From Clostridia bacterium (GTDB lineage Bacteria > Bacillota > Clostridia > TANB77 > UBA1234), in assembly GCA_017521465.1 (NCBI GenBank), contig JAFXCN010000020.1, positions 5,797-69,796 of the forward strand: a stretch of 64,000 bases of DNA, written 5' to 3'. The position numbers were made by a program, and so were the translations under genes. The notes under the pieces were generated by a model that was given only the letters and a program-made list of their open reading frames with translations, searched no databases and had not been told where the DNA came from. This document shows, piece after piece, positions 1-9,991 of this stretch. Position 1 is the stretch's first letter, and each line of letters starts with the position of its first letter.

Positions 1-1
1 T

Positions 2-1153
2 CTGAATGTTGCTAATATTGAAAATGTGGCTAAGCTAAGTGATAATAGTATTTCAATAACTTTAAAAGTCAAAGATGAATATTTACCGCATAAATTAACT
101 TTTCCAATATTACCAAAATATTATTTGTTTGAAGATGTAAATAATATAGAAAAGTTGAAAAGACCAATTGGAACGGGAATATTTAAATTTAAAGAAATAT
201 CTGATGATGAATTTAGAACAACACTTGTATATAATTATGATTGGTGGAATAATTCGAGTAATAAAATTGAAACAATATATTTATATGAATTTGCTACATA
301 TGGTGAAGCTATAAAAGCATTTAAATCTAGCGAAATTGATTTAATTTCTACATCTATGTCTTCTTGGAAAAAGAAATTTGGTGTGATAGGCATAAATTCA
401 TATAGTTATGAAAATGCAAATTTTGAAACTATAATACCTAACACCCAGAAAACGGCTTTAAGTGAAAGTTCTGTAAGACGAGCTATATTATATGCTATAA
501 ATAGAAACAATATCATAAATGAAGTTTATGAAGGAAATGCAAATGTAAAAGATATAATGATTCATGAATATTCGTGGCTATATGATAAAAATACAAATAT
601 CGAATATAGTCCTGAAAAATCAAAACAATTATTATTAAATGCTGGTTGGAATCAAACCAATGCCGGATGGCAAAAAAATATAAATGGTAAAACAATTACA
701 TTAAAGTTTGAAATATTAGTAAAAGACAGTTCGGAGGAACACAATAAAGTCGCCCAAATACTAAAAGAAAATTTAGCTGAAATAGGAATTGTTTTGAATA
801 TAAAAAAAGTTCCTTTAAATACATATAAGTCAAATATAGAACAAGGTAGCTTTGATTTAGTGTTGGCTACGATAGAATTACAAAATGAATATGATATCGT
901 TGATTTATTAAAAAACAAAAACTATTCTAAATATCAAAACGGAGAGATTAATGCAACAATAGAAAAATTGTATCTAAACAATACTTCGATTATAGAATCG
1001 TTTAAAGAAATGCAAGCTATGTATAGAAATGATGTACCTTATATAGGATTGTATTTCAGAACAGATACATTACTTACCAATAAAGCAGTAAAGGGACATA
1101 TAACACCTACATGGTATAGTATTTATCATAATATACAAAATTGGTGTAAATAA
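2..1153 (+). CDS. ABC transporter substrate-binding protein, family 5 (oligopeptide/nickel type); 5'-truncated by window edge
   Basis: ORF is open to the window start in the same frame. The C-terminal region resembles OppA/DppA-type SBP ends (VKGHITPTWYSIYHNI). Confidence 0.55.
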   Translation: MNVANIENVAKLSDNSISITLKVKDEYLPHKLTFPILPKYYLFEDVNNIEKLKRPIGTGIFKFKEISDDEFRTTLVYNYDWWNNSSNKIETIYLYEFATYGEAIKAFKSSEIDLISTSMSSWKKKFGVIGINSYSYENANFETIIPNTQKTALSESSVRRAILYAINRNNIINEVYEGNANVKDIMIHEYSWLYDKNTNIEYSPEKSKQLLLNAGWNQTNAGWQKNINGKTITLKFEILVKDSSEEHNKVAQILKENLAEIGIVLNIKKVPLNTYKSNIEQGSFDLVLATIELQNEYDIVDLLKNKNYSKYQNGEINATIEKLYLNNTSIIESFKEMQAMYRNDVPYIGLYFRTDTLLTNKAVKGHITPTWYSIYHNIQNWCK

Positions 1154-1179
1154 ATTATAAAAAATATTTTAATAAATTC

Positions 1180-1209
1180 GCTTGACAAATTAGAACAAGT
1201 GTTCTATTA
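1180..1209 (+). promoter_or_regulatory. recA promoter with embedded LexA/DinR Cheo box
   Basis: TTGACA at 1180-1185, 17-bp spacer, TATTAT at 1204-1209. The spacer contains GAACAAGTGTTC (1191-1202), which matches the Firmicute SOS box GAAC-N4-GTTC. Confidence 0.6.
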
Positions 1210-1265
1210 TACATTTGTAGCAAGTTAAAAGATAAAGTTTTAGAGAAATACTAAGGAGGTTTAAT

Positions 1266-2321
1266 ATGAGTGACAATAGCGAAAAGAAAAAAGCATTAGA
1301 AGCGGCAATTGGACAAATTGAAAAACAATTTGGAAAAGGCGCTGTAATGAAATTAGGTGAAAATGCACATCTTAATGTCGAAGCAATACCTACAGGGGCA
1401 TTAAGTTTAGATATAGCTTTAGGAATTGGCGGAGTACCAAGAGGAAGAATTGTAGAAGTTTTTGGACCAGAATCATCAGGTAAAACTACAGTTGCATTGC
1501 ATATGATTGCAGAAGCTCAAAAAATGGGTGGAGAAGCAGCATTCATCGATGCAGAACATGCTTTAGATCCTGTATATGCAAAAAAATTAGGAGTAGACAT
1601 TGAAAATTTAATAGTGTCACAACCAGATACTGGAGAACAAGCACTAGAGATTGCAGAAGCATTAATTAGAAGCGGTGCAATTGATATTCTTGTTTTAGAC
1701 TCTGTTGCAGCATTGGTTCCAAAGGCTGAAATAGATGGTGATATGGGTGATTCACATGTTGGTCTTCAAGCAAGACTTATGTCACAAGCGCTTAGAAAAT
1801 TAACAGGTGTATTAAATAAATCTAATACGGTTGCAATATTTATAAATCAACTTCGTGAAAAAGTTGGAATAATGTTTGGTAATCCGGAAGTTACACCTGG
1901 AGGAAGAGCGCTTAAGTTCTACTCTTCTGTTAGACTTGATGTAAGAAAAACAGAAACATTAAAATCAAATAGTGAAGTTATTGGTAACCATGTAAAAGTT
2001 AAAGTTGTTAAAAATAAAGTTGCACCTCCATTTAGAGAAGCAGAATTCGATATAATGTATGGAGAAGGAATTTCTAAAGAAGGAAACATATTAGATATTG
2101 GCGTTAATTTAAATATCGTTGAAAAAGCTGGTGCATGGTTTAGTTACAACGGCACTAGAATTGGACAAGGAAGAGAAAATGTAAAACAATATCTAAAAGA
2201 TAATCCAGAAATTTGTAATGAGATAGAAAAGAAAGTTAGGGCTAAATATTCAGAAGCTTTTGATATGAGCTTAAATGATGAATTAGACAAAATTGATGAC
2301 GATGAAGAGGATGAAGATTAA
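1266..2321 (+). CDS. recA: recombinase RecA
   Basis: Walker [10 protein letters not shown] and canonical RecA core motifs are present; RBS AAGGAGG lies upstream; acidic C-terminal tail. Confidence 0.97.
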   Translation: MSDNSEKKKALEAAIGQIEKQFGKGAVMKLGENAHLNVEAIPTGALSLDIALGIGGVPRGRIVEVFGPESSGKTTVALHMIAEAQKMGGEAAFIDAEHALDPVYAKKLGVDIENLIVSQPDTGEQALEIAEALIRSGAIDILVLDSVAALVPKAEIDGDMGDSHVGLQARLMSQALRKLTGVLNKSNTVAIFINQLREKVGIMFGNPEVTPGGRALKFYSSVRLDVRKTETLKSNSEVIGNHVKVKVVKNKVAPPFREAEFDIMYGEGISKEGNILDIGVNLNIVEKAGAWFSYNGTRIGQGRENVKQYLKDNPEICNEIEKKVRAKYSEAFDMSLNDELDKIDDDEEDED

Positions 2322-2326
2322 TAGAA

Positions 2327-2358
2327 TGGGCAGGCGTAATGTCTGCCCTTATTTGCAT
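2327..2358 (+). terminator. rho-independent terminator after recA
   Basis: GGGCAGGC..TCTGCCC hairpin followed by a T-rich tract. Confidence 0.5.
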
Positions 2359-2379
2359 TATATTAATTAGGAGAAAATT

Positions 2380-2820
2380 ATGATAATAGATTCGAAGCTA
2401 ATGAAATATGTAATATTTAAAAAGAGAACAGAACATGAAGTTAGAGAAAAATGTAAAACATTAAACTATACATCGGACTATATAGATGAAGTAGTTGAAT
2501 ATTTAAAAGAAGCTGAATATATTAATGATGAAATTTACATAACTAAATATATAAATAATCTTTTAAAATTAAAGAAAACATCTGTTGCAGAAGTAAAGCT
2601 TGATTTTATGAAAAGGGGAATTGATTTTGATAGAGTAGATTTTGATTTAGTAGAAAGGCTATATGAACATGAAAAGGAAAGTGCAATCTATTTAGCAAAC
2701 AAGAAATATAAGGCAGGAGACACAATTGAAAAAATAAAAAGATATTTAAATGCTAAAGGATATACGTATTCTAATATTTCAAACGCGATTGACAATTTAG
2801 ATATTTTAGATGATAATTAA
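2380..2820 (+). CDS. recX: RecX-like regulatory protein
   Basis: 146-aa helical protein immediately downstream of recA, the conserved recA-recX synteny. Confidence 0.65.
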   Translation: MIIDSKLMKYVIFKKRTEHEVREKCKTLNYTSDYIDEVVEYLKEAEYINDEIYITKYINNLLKLKKTSVAEVKLDFMKRGIDFDRVDFDLVERLYEHEKESAIYLANKKYKAGDTIEKIKRYLNAKGYTYSNISNAIDNLDILDDN

Positions 2821-2852
2821 TTTATAAAATAATTTGAAAGGTGGATTTTTAT

Positions 2853-3668
2853 ATGCAAGAAATATTAAAAAAAGCAACAGAATCTGCTAGATACATAAGA
2901 AGTTTAATTCCTAATATGCCAGAAATAGCAGTAATATTAGGATCAGGATTAGGAAATTTAGTAAATGAAATTAGAGATAAAATAGAAATACCATATGCAC
3001 AAATACCAAATTTTAAAGTATCGGGAGTAAGTGGACATGGAAACAAATTAATATATGGTACTGTTTATGGGAAGCCAGTTATAGCAATGCAAGGTAGATA
3101 TCATTTTTACGAAGGATATACAATGCAAGAAGTAACCTTTCCAATAAAAGTATTTGCTTTGCTTGGGGTATCAAAATTGATAGTATCAACAGCGAGTGGA
3201 GCTGTTAACAAAAAATTTAGAACAGGAGATTTGATGCTTATAACAGACCATATAAAAATGTATGGAGATTCACCGTTGAGAGGTGAAAATATAGAAGAAT
3301 TTGGAATAAGATTCCCTGATATGAGTTCTGCATATTCAAAAAGACTAATAGAAGTAGCTAAAGAAGTAGGTAAAAAATTAAAAATTGATTTAGAAGAAGG
3401 TGTATTTGCTTTCATGCCTGGACCACAATATGAAACACCTGCTGAAATAAAAATGCTAGACATATTAGGAGCTGACGCTGTAAGCATGTCAACGGTTCCA
3501 GAAGTAATTAGTGCTGCTCATTCAGGAATAGAAGTTTTAGGAATATCATGCATAACGAATACTACAGGTTCCGGTGAGAAGCTTTCGCATGCAGAAGTAG
3601 TAGAAGCAGCAAATGCCGCTAGTGAAAAATTTGTAGACTTAGTTATTGAAGTAATAAATAAGATATAG
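2853..3668 (+). CDS. punA: purine nucleoside phosphorylase (PNP-I family)
   Basis: PNP/MTAP family motifs (GSGLG, SMSTVPEV). Start placed at ATG 2853 behind RBS AAAGGTGGA; the track's earlier GTG start lies inside the RBS. Confidence 0.85.
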   Translation: MQEILKKATESARYIRSLIPNMPEIAVILGSGLGNLVNEIRDKIEIPYAQIPNFKVSGVSGHGNKLIYGTVYGKPVIAMQGRYHFYEGYTMQEVTFPIKVFALLGVSKLIVSTASGAVNKKFRTGDLMLITDHIKMYGDSPLRGENIEEFGIRFPDMSSAYSKRLIEVAKEVGKKLKIDLEEGVFAFMPGPQYETPAEIKMLDILGADAVSMSTVPEVISAAHSGIEVLGISCITNTTGSGEKLSHAEVVEAANAASEKFVDLVIEVINKI

Positions 3669-3682
3669 AATAGAGGATAGCA

Positions 3683-4414
3683 ATGGAGCAACAATATACA
3701 ATAAAAATGGAGAACTTTGAAGGTCCTCTTGACCTTCTATGCCATTTAATTGAAAAAAACAAAATGGACATCTGTGATATAAAAATAGTAGAGATAACAG
3801 ATCAATATATGGAATATATAAAACAGATGGAAAAAATGAATTTGGAAGTAACAAGTGAATTTATAGTAATGGCAGCAAAGCTAATATATTTAAAGTCAAA
3901 ATCATTATTGCCATCTATTGTTGAAGAACAAGAAGAAGGAGAATTTGATTTAGTAAAATTATTAATGGAATATAAAAAATACAAAGAGCAAACATTTTCT
4001 TTAAAAGATAGATTAGAGCAATACTATAAGAGATGCTATAAATTACCTGAAAAAGTCGAACTTCCAAAAGGAAAATTAGAAAAAGAATATGAACCATACC
4101 TTATTCCTCAAATATACAATGACTTCTATACGAGGGAAGAACAAAAGAAAAATATACAAGCAGAAAACATAAATAGATTAGCAGTAAGTGAAAAAGTTAC
4201 AATATTAAGTAAGATAAAAGAAATATTGAAAGAATTATGGAGAAAACCTACATTTGTATTTAATAAATTATTCAATCCTAAAAAGAGAAGCAAAGTAGAG
4301 ATAGTTACAGCATTTTTAAGTTTGTTAGAATTATCAAAAATGAATAGAATACAAGTAGTACAAGACGGTCTATTTGGAGATATAAATGTAACAAAAATAA
4401 AAAAACAAAGATAA
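3683..4414 (+). CDS. scpA: segregation and condensation protein A
   Basis: N-terminal FEGPLDLLLHLI signature of ScpA. Confidence 0.88.
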   Translation: MEQQYTIKMENFEGPLDLLCHLIEKNKMDICDIKIVEITDQYMEYIKQMEKMNLEVTSEFIVMAAKLIYLKSKSLLPSIVEEQEEGEFDLVKLLMEYKKYKEQTFSLKDRLEQYYKRCYKLPEKVELPKGKLEKEYEPYLIPQIYNDFYTREEQKKNIQAENINRLAVSEKVTILSKIKEILKELWRKPTFVFNKLFNPKKRSKVEIVTAFLSLLELSKMNRIQVVQDGLFGDINVTKIKKQR

Positions 4415-4449
4415 TACATAATCATAGTAATATTTGGAAAAATATTACT

Positions 4450-4923
4450 ATGATTATTTTTTTTATATTCGTATTAATCTTGTTAATAATATTATTTGCA
4501 AAGATAAAAATAAAAATATTTTTTACAATAAAAAATTTTGAATATTATTACTGTGTAGATATATTTGTATATGACTTGAGAATAATAAAGATAGATAAAA
4601 GTGAAATAGAAAAATATGCAAAAAAAATAAAACCCAAAATCAAAAATCAAAATAAAATTCAAGTGTCAAAAATAATAAGAAAAATAAAAATAGAAGAATT
4701 AAATATAGATTTAAAAATAGGTTTATTAGGAATATTCCCAACAACATTTTCAATTCCGATAATATCAACAATCATTGCAAGCATACTTCCATTATTAAAA
4801 ACAGGAAAAGACAAAATTAAATATAGCATACAACCAATATATAACAAATTAGCACTAAATGCGAAAATAGCAGGAACAATAACTTTTCGAATTATTGATG
4901 CAGTCATTTTACGTCAGACATAA
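4450..4923 (+). CDS. YtfI-like (DUF2953-type) sporulation membrane protein
   Basis: Hydrophobic N-terminus. Its position directly upstream of ytfJ mirrors the B. subtilis ytfI-ytfJ pair. Confidence 0.4.
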   Translation: MIIFFIFVLILLIILFAKIKIKIFFTIKNFEYYYCVDIFVYDLRIIKIDKSEIEKYAKKIKPKIKNQNKIQVSKIIRKIKIEELNIDLKIGLLGIFPTTFSIPIISTIIASILPLLKTGKDKIKYSIQPIYNKLALNAKIAGTITFRIIDAVILRQT

Positions 4924-5170
4924 ACGTCCGTCCAGTGAACACTTTGTGTCGGACAGAAAAATTCAGTCAGCGCACACTTTGTGTCGGACAGAAAAATTCA
5001 GTCAGTGAACATTTGTGTCGGACAGAAAAATTCAGCCAGCGCACACTTTGCGTCGGACAGAAAAATTCAGCCAGCGCACACTTTGCGTCGGACAGAAAAA
5101 TTCAGCCAGCGCACACTTTGCGTCGGACAGAAAAATTCAGTCAGTGAACATTTGTGTCGGACAGAAACTG
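4924..5170. repeat. tandem array of about 7 copies of a 34-35 bp unit (core GTCGGACAGAAAAATTCAG..CACACTTTG)
   Basis: Measured period is 35 bp (e.g. GCACAC at 5041, 5076, 5111). Two unit variants are present (CAGCGCACACTTTG and CAGTGAACATTTG). There are no unique spacers. Confidence 0.9.
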
Positions 5171-5298
5171 ATTAAAAGAATAAAGAATAGTGAATAAATA
5201 AAAATTTATTCCTCAATATTTAGTCATTATTCTTTAAATTGTGCATAGCACAATTTATTTTGCACATACTAATTTAAAAATAATTTAGGAGGTAGAGT

Positions 5299-5814
5299 AT
5301 GAACGAACATCCAATTGAAGGGCTTATGAATACTGCTATGAATAATTTGAAAGATATGATTGATGTAGATACAGTTGTTGGTGATGCGATAGATTGTGGT
5401 AATAATACGACGATAATTCCTATATCCAAAGTTTGTTTTGGTTTTGCTGCTGGTGGTAGTGAATTTAATAGTGAAACATTAGAACAATATAGTAAAGAAG
5501 GTATTGATGAAGATATCTCATACAAACTTCCTTTTGGAGGAGGTAGTGGAGCAGGAGTTAATATTGCACCAATTGGTTTTCTTGTTGTTTCTGATTCTGG
5601 TGTCAAAATGTTACCGGTAAATCATTGTTCTGCATTAGATAAGATTCTAGATTATGTTCCAGATGTTCTGAATAAATTAATGGATATGTGCAGTAAAGAA
5701 AAGACATATAGATATGAAATTTATGAAGATGTAGGTAATGATTGTACTTGTGGATGTAATGAGGGAGAAGAATGTACTTGTGACAAAGAAAAAGAAGATG
5801 AGGAAGAAGATTAA
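5299..5814 (+). CDS. ytfJ: sporulation protein YtfJ (GerW family) with Cys-rich acidic C-terminal extension
   Basis: Conserved GerW/YtfJ core (FGGGSGAGVNIAPIGFLVV). The C-terminus CTCGCNEGEECTCDKEKEDEEED is an atypical addition. Confidence 0.8.
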   Translation: MNEHPIEGLMNTAMNNLKDMIDVDTVVGDAIDCGNNTTIIPISKVCFGFAAGGSEFNSETLEQYSKEGIDEDISYKLPFGGGSGAGVNIAPIGFLVVSDSGVKMLPVNHCSALDKILDYVPDVLNKLMDMCSKEKTYRYEIYEDVGNDCTCGCNEGEECTCDKEKEDEEED

Positions 5815-5905
5815 AAGAGCTATTTTATAGCTCTTTTTCTATACATAGGTTTCTTGATTTTTATAGTATAATATGATAATATTTTTTGAGAAATGTGAGG
5901 TAGAT

Positions 5906-7444
5906 ATGAAAAAAGATAATATTAAAAAAACATTTAGTATTATATTTGTTATAACTCTTGTCGTTAAGGCATTAGGACTACTTAGGGATATTGTATTTGC
6001 TAAATATTATGGAACAGGATATGTAGCTACAGCTTTTTTTGCCGCTACTAGAATACCTACTCAATTAATTGACATAATTTTAAGCTCGGCAATTATATCT
6101 GTTTTTGTGCCTGTTTTTAATGAAATTATGCAAAAAGAAAGTAAAGAAAAAGCTAATTTATTTGCACAAAATTTTGTTAATATAGTTGCTTTAATTTCGA
6201 CTGTAATATCAATTTTTGGGATTCTTTTTGCGCCACAGGTAGTTAATCTTTTGGCAGGAGGATTTGATGTTCCAACTTATAATCTTACAGTTGAATTAAT
6301 AAGAATTACATTTCCAATGGTCATTTTTACTGCTGTAGCTTTTTCTTTTGTTGGCTTTTTACAGTCATATAAAGAGTTCAATGTTCCAGCAATGATAAGT
6401 GGTATTTCAAATATATGTATAATTTTATTTTTGATTTTCTTTAAAGATAAATTTGGTATACATGGTGTAGCTGCTTGCATGACATTTGCATGGCTTTTAC
6501 AAGTTTTGGTGCAGTTACCTTTTGTAAAAAAATATGGATATAAGTTTGGTTTAAAAATAAATTTTAAAGATGAAAATATTAAAAAGGTTGTAAAGCTAGC
6601 AATACCAATATTAATAAGCACAGCGGTGTTGCCAATAAATAATTTAGTAGCTACGAGAATTGCTTCTGGAATTAATGATAGTGCCGTTGCAACTTTAGAA
6701 TATGCATATAAATTATTTTTAGTAATTTCAGGGGTGTTTACTTATGCGATTGGAAATATAATCTTTCCGGATTTGTCTCGTGCAAGTACACAAAATGATA
6801 GTAACGAGTATATAGGCTTGATACATAAAGCATTAAAAATGATGAGCTTTTTATTAATACCATTAACAATAGGTATAGTAATTTTTAGACAAGATATAAT
6901 TTCAACAATATATCAAAGAGGAGAATTTACTGAAAACTCAACTATTGCTACTTCAGGTGCACTATTGTTTTATTGCTTAGGAATTTTAGGAAGTGGATTT
7001 GTAGAAGTCCTTAATAAAGCTTTCTATGCAAAGCAAGATACTAAAACTCCGCTTCTAATCGGTATAACAATAATTTCTATAAATATAGTTTCAAGTATGA
7101 TATTAGGAAATATAATGGGAGTTAATGGATTAGCATTATCTGCTGCAATTACAACTATTATAAATGCTTTAATACTTCTGTATATGGCAAATCGAAAACA
7201 AAAAGGAATAATTTCGAAAGAAATATTACTTTCACTTATCAAAATGTTTATCGCTGCAATTATTATGGGAAGTATAGTTTATGCATTAAATAATTACTTA
7301 ACAGTGATTCTTGAAGCAACATTTACTATGAATATAATAAGGATGATAATAGGTGCAGCAACAGGAGTGATTACATATTACATTCTCGCAACACTATTAA
7401 AAGTAAATGAATTAAACTTATTTAAGCTAGGAGGAAAAAATTGA
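5906..7444 (+). CDS. murJ: lipid II flippase MurJ/MviN family (may instead be a SpoVB-like paralog)
   Basis: 14-TM MOP-family protein with N-terminal LGLLRDIVFAKYYG motif. Start at ATG 5906 behind RBS GTGAGGTAG. Confidence 0.8.
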   Translation: MKKDNIKKTFSIIFVITLVVKALGLLRDIVFAKYYGTGYVATAFFAATRIPTQLIDIILSSAIISVFVPVFNEIMQKESKEKANLFAQNFVNIVALISTVISIFGILFAPQVVNLLAGGFDVPTYNLTVELIRITFPMVIFTAVAFSFVGFLQSYKEFNVPAMISGISNICIILFLIFFKDKFGIHGVAACMTFAWLLQVLVQLPFVKKYGYKFGLKINFKDENIKKVVKLAIPILISTAVLPINNLVATRIASGINDSAVATLEYAYKLFLVISGVFTYAIGNIIFPDLSRASTQNDSNEYIGLIHKALKMMSFLLIPLTIGIVIFRQDIISTIYQRGEFTENSTIATSGALLFYCLGILGSGFVEVLNKAFYAKQDTKTPLLIGITIISINIVSSMILGNIMGVNGLALSAAITTIINALILLYMANRKQKGIISKEILLSLIKMFIAAIIMGSIVYALNNYLTVILEATFTMNIIRMIIGAATGVITYYILATLLKVNELNLFKLGGKN

Positions 7445-8868
7445 ATACGATAAAAGAAAGTTTTATTTTTCAATTTTTAATTACGATAATTAGCAAAATT
7501 GAAAATATGATAAAAAACAGTTGGATATATTCGTTATTGACAAAAGAAACTATTAGACCAAACGAGAACGGATTTTTTCTAAATATATTATATAGTTTAA
7601 TAGGTGTTTTAAGAAAAGTATTTAAGTTCTTAAAGTTAAACATTGTGTTTAAAGATAGTATTTTTGCAAAAACAGAAATTTGGATTGGACTAACGGTTGC
7701 AATGGCGCCAATACTTTCAACCATGCAAATGCTACTTTTGGTATTATTTACAACAATGTCTTTTGTAATAAAAATATGTATGGATGAAAATTTTAAATTT
7801 ACATACACACCGTTAAATACATGGGTAATAGTATTTGTTTTAATTTATTTGTTTTCAGGAATAGTATCTTTAGATATGATGAGTAGTATAAAAATATCAA
7901 TGCTTGTTATAAGCTTTATGATGTTTTATTTTGTAATTGTTAATAGCATTACGACTAAAAAACAATTAAAAGTTATACTTAATATATTTGTAATAATAGG
8001 CGCATTAGTTTCATTATTTGGAATTTATCAATATATATTTGCGGGTTCGTTTGCATCATCATCATTCGTAGATAAAGAAATGTTTGAAGATATAAAAACA
8101 AGAGTAAATGGAACTTTTGATAATCCAAATGTTTTGGGTGAATATCTATTATTTGTAATTCCGATTGCCGCAAGTTTATTTTTTGCTGAAAAAGGTTGGA
8201 TTAAAAAAATATTTTATATGGGATTTGGCGGAGTATGCATTATATGTTTAGCTCTTACATATTCAAGAGGATGTTATTTAGGAATATTGCTTGCACTTGC
8301 TGTATTTTTATTACTTATAAATTTAAAATGGATTATAGCATTTATTTTAGGAATTATAGCAGCACCTGCTTTTTTACCGCAATCAATAATTAATCGTTTT
8401 TCTAGTATAGGAAATATGGCAGATAGTTCGACATCATATAGAGTATCAATTTGGAAAGGTGCAATTGATATGATAAAGGATTATTGGTATAGACCAATAG
8501 GACAGGGAACAACCGCTTTTAATAGTATTTATCCTTTATATTCTTATAGTGGTGTTGGGGCACAGCATAGTCATAATCTTTTTTTACAATTATTAATAGA
8601 AACAGGAATAGTGGGTATAATTTCATTTTTAGGAATTATATATAAATTCTTTCAAACTGTATTATGTGGTTTGAAGAAAGCTAAAGAAGCTTTTTACAAA
8701 TATTGTTTTATTGGTTTTGCTTCTGGAATGATAGGATTTTTGTTGCAAAGTATTTTTGATAATACTTGGTACAATAACAAAATAATTTTAATATTTTGGA
8801 TTTTTGTAGCATTATCTGCTACTACAAGAAATCTTTCTGATATGGAGGTTAAATGTGAAGAAAATTAA
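7441..8868 (+). CDS. O-antigen ligase (Wzy_C) family membrane protein
   Basis: Polytopic protein with a periplasmic-loop motif typical of the WaaL/O-antigen polymerase family; TTG start after GGAGGA. Confidence 0.65.
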   Translation: MNTIKESFIFQFLITIISKIENMIKNSWIYSLLTKETIRPNENGFFLNILYSLIGVLRKVFKFLKLNIVFKDSIFAKTEIWIGLTVAMAPILSTMQMLLLVLFTTMSFVIKICMDENFKFTYTPLNTWVIVFVLIYLFSGIVSLDMMSSIKISMLVISFMMFYFVIVNSITTKKQLKVILNIFVIIGALVSLFGIYQYIFAGSFASSSFVDKEMFEDIKTRVNGTFDNPNVLGEYLLFVIPIAASLFFAEKGWIKKIFYMGFGGVCIICLALTYSRGCYLGILLALAVFLLLINLKWIIAFILGIIAAPAFLPQSIINRFSSIGNMADSSTSYRVSIWKGAIDMIKDYWYRPIGQGTTAFNSIYPLYSYSGVGAQHSHNLFLQLLIETGIVGIISFLGIIYKFFQTVLCGLKKAKEAFYKYCFIGFASGMIGFLLQSIFDNTWYNNKIILIFWIFVALSATTRNLSDMEVKCEEN

Positions 8869-9991
8869 AGTATTAAATATAATTACTGATAGTAATATTG
8901 GTGGAGCTGGCAAATGTGTTATTACATATTCTAATAATTATGACAAAGAAAAATATGAAATAGTTGTTGCAATGCCACAAAATAGTTTACTAAAACCAGA
9001 AATTGAAAAAACAGGTGTTAGAGTTATTGAAATTCAAGGGTTAAGAGATAAATCATTTGATATTCCTGCTATCAAAAATATTAGAAAAGTTATAGAAGAA
9101 GAACGACCAGATATTGTTCACACGCATGCTAGTTTATCAGCAAGAATAGCAGCTAGACAATATGAAGATTGCAAAATAGTTTATACAAGGCATTGCGATT
9201 TTCCTATTAGTAAGATATATAAATATAAAATAGTTAGGTGGCTAAATAAAAAGATAAATGAAAGTTTAACAGATAAAGTAATAGCTACTTCTGAACAAGC
9301 TAAAGAGAATTTAATAAATCAAGGTTTGAGCGAGAAGATTATTACAACAATATTAAATGGTGTAAATAAAATGCCAGAAATATCAGAAGAAGAAAAGAAA
9401 AAAATAAAAGAAAAATATTCAATAAAATCTGATGAAATTGTTGTGGGATATTTAGCACGTGTGGAAGAATTAAAAGGTCATAAATATTTTATTGAAGCTG
9501 CTAAAATTGTTTCAGATAAGTTTAAAGGTAAATATAAGTTTTTGATAATGGGAAATGGCTCATATGAAGAAGAAGCTAAAAGATTAGTAACGGAATTGAA
9601 ATTAGAGGATACGGTTATATTTACAGGCTTTATAAAAAATGTACATGAAATGTTGAATATTTTAGATATTCAAATTAATGCTTCATATTTATCAGAAACA
9701 ACTAATTTAGCATTGTTAGAAGGGATGAGTTTAGGAGTACCAACTGTTGCGACTAAATGTGGAGGAACACCCAAAATGATTGATGAACGTCAAAATGGAT
9801 TACTTGTGGAAAAAGCTGATGCACAAAGTTTAGCTGAAGGAATAATTAACATTACAAGTGATGAAGATAATTACCAATATATGAAAAAAAGAAGTATGGA
9901 AATTTATGAAGAAAGATATACATCTAAAATATATGCTCAGAATATAGAAAAAGTATATGAAAGTTTGGTGAATAAAAATGAAAATAATTAA
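8855..9991 (+). CDS. glycosyltransferase family 4 (GT-B, group 1)
   Basis: C-terminal EGMSLGVPTVATKCGGTPKMI...NGLLV motif of GT4 enzymes. GTG start overlaps the upstream gene. Confidence 0.85.
   Translation: MKKIKVLNIITDSNIGGAGKCVITYSNNYDKEKYEIVVAMPQNSLLKPEIEKTGVRVIEIQGLRDKSFDIPAIKNIRKVIEEERPDIVHTHASLSARIAARQYEDCKIVYTRHCDFPISKIYKYKIVRWLNKKINESLTDKVIATSEQAKENLINQGLSEKIITTILNGVNKMPEISEEEKKKIKEKYSIKSDEIVVGYLARVEELKGHKYFIEAAKIVSDKFKGKYKFLIMGNGSYEEEAKRLVTELKLEDTVIFTGFIKNVHEMLNILDIQINASYLSETTNLALLEGMSLGVPTVATKCGGTPKMIDERQNGLLVEKADAQSLAEGIINITSDEDNYQYMKKRSMEIYEERYTSKIYAQNIEKVYESLVNKNENN

Noticed and set aside
4924-5170. CRISPR array hypothesis for the 35-bp tandem repeats (also at 33705-33910)
   Set aside because: The whole 35-bp unit is repeated without unique spacers, and no cas genes or leader are present.
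4935-5197. Three overlapping 60-70-aa plus-strand ORFs with repetitive translations (RTEKFSQRTLCVGQKNS...)
   Set aside because: They are translations of the 35-bp tandem array in different frames, not genes.
5873-5905. Upstream start codons given by the ORF track for murJ (also punA 2841, HD protein 16923, recombinase 38843, pta 43982, proS 49205, der 52817, pheS 57456)
   Set aside because: The extensions lack RBSs or overlap RBSs and repeats. Internal ATGs with proper Shine-Dalgarno spacing were preferred.
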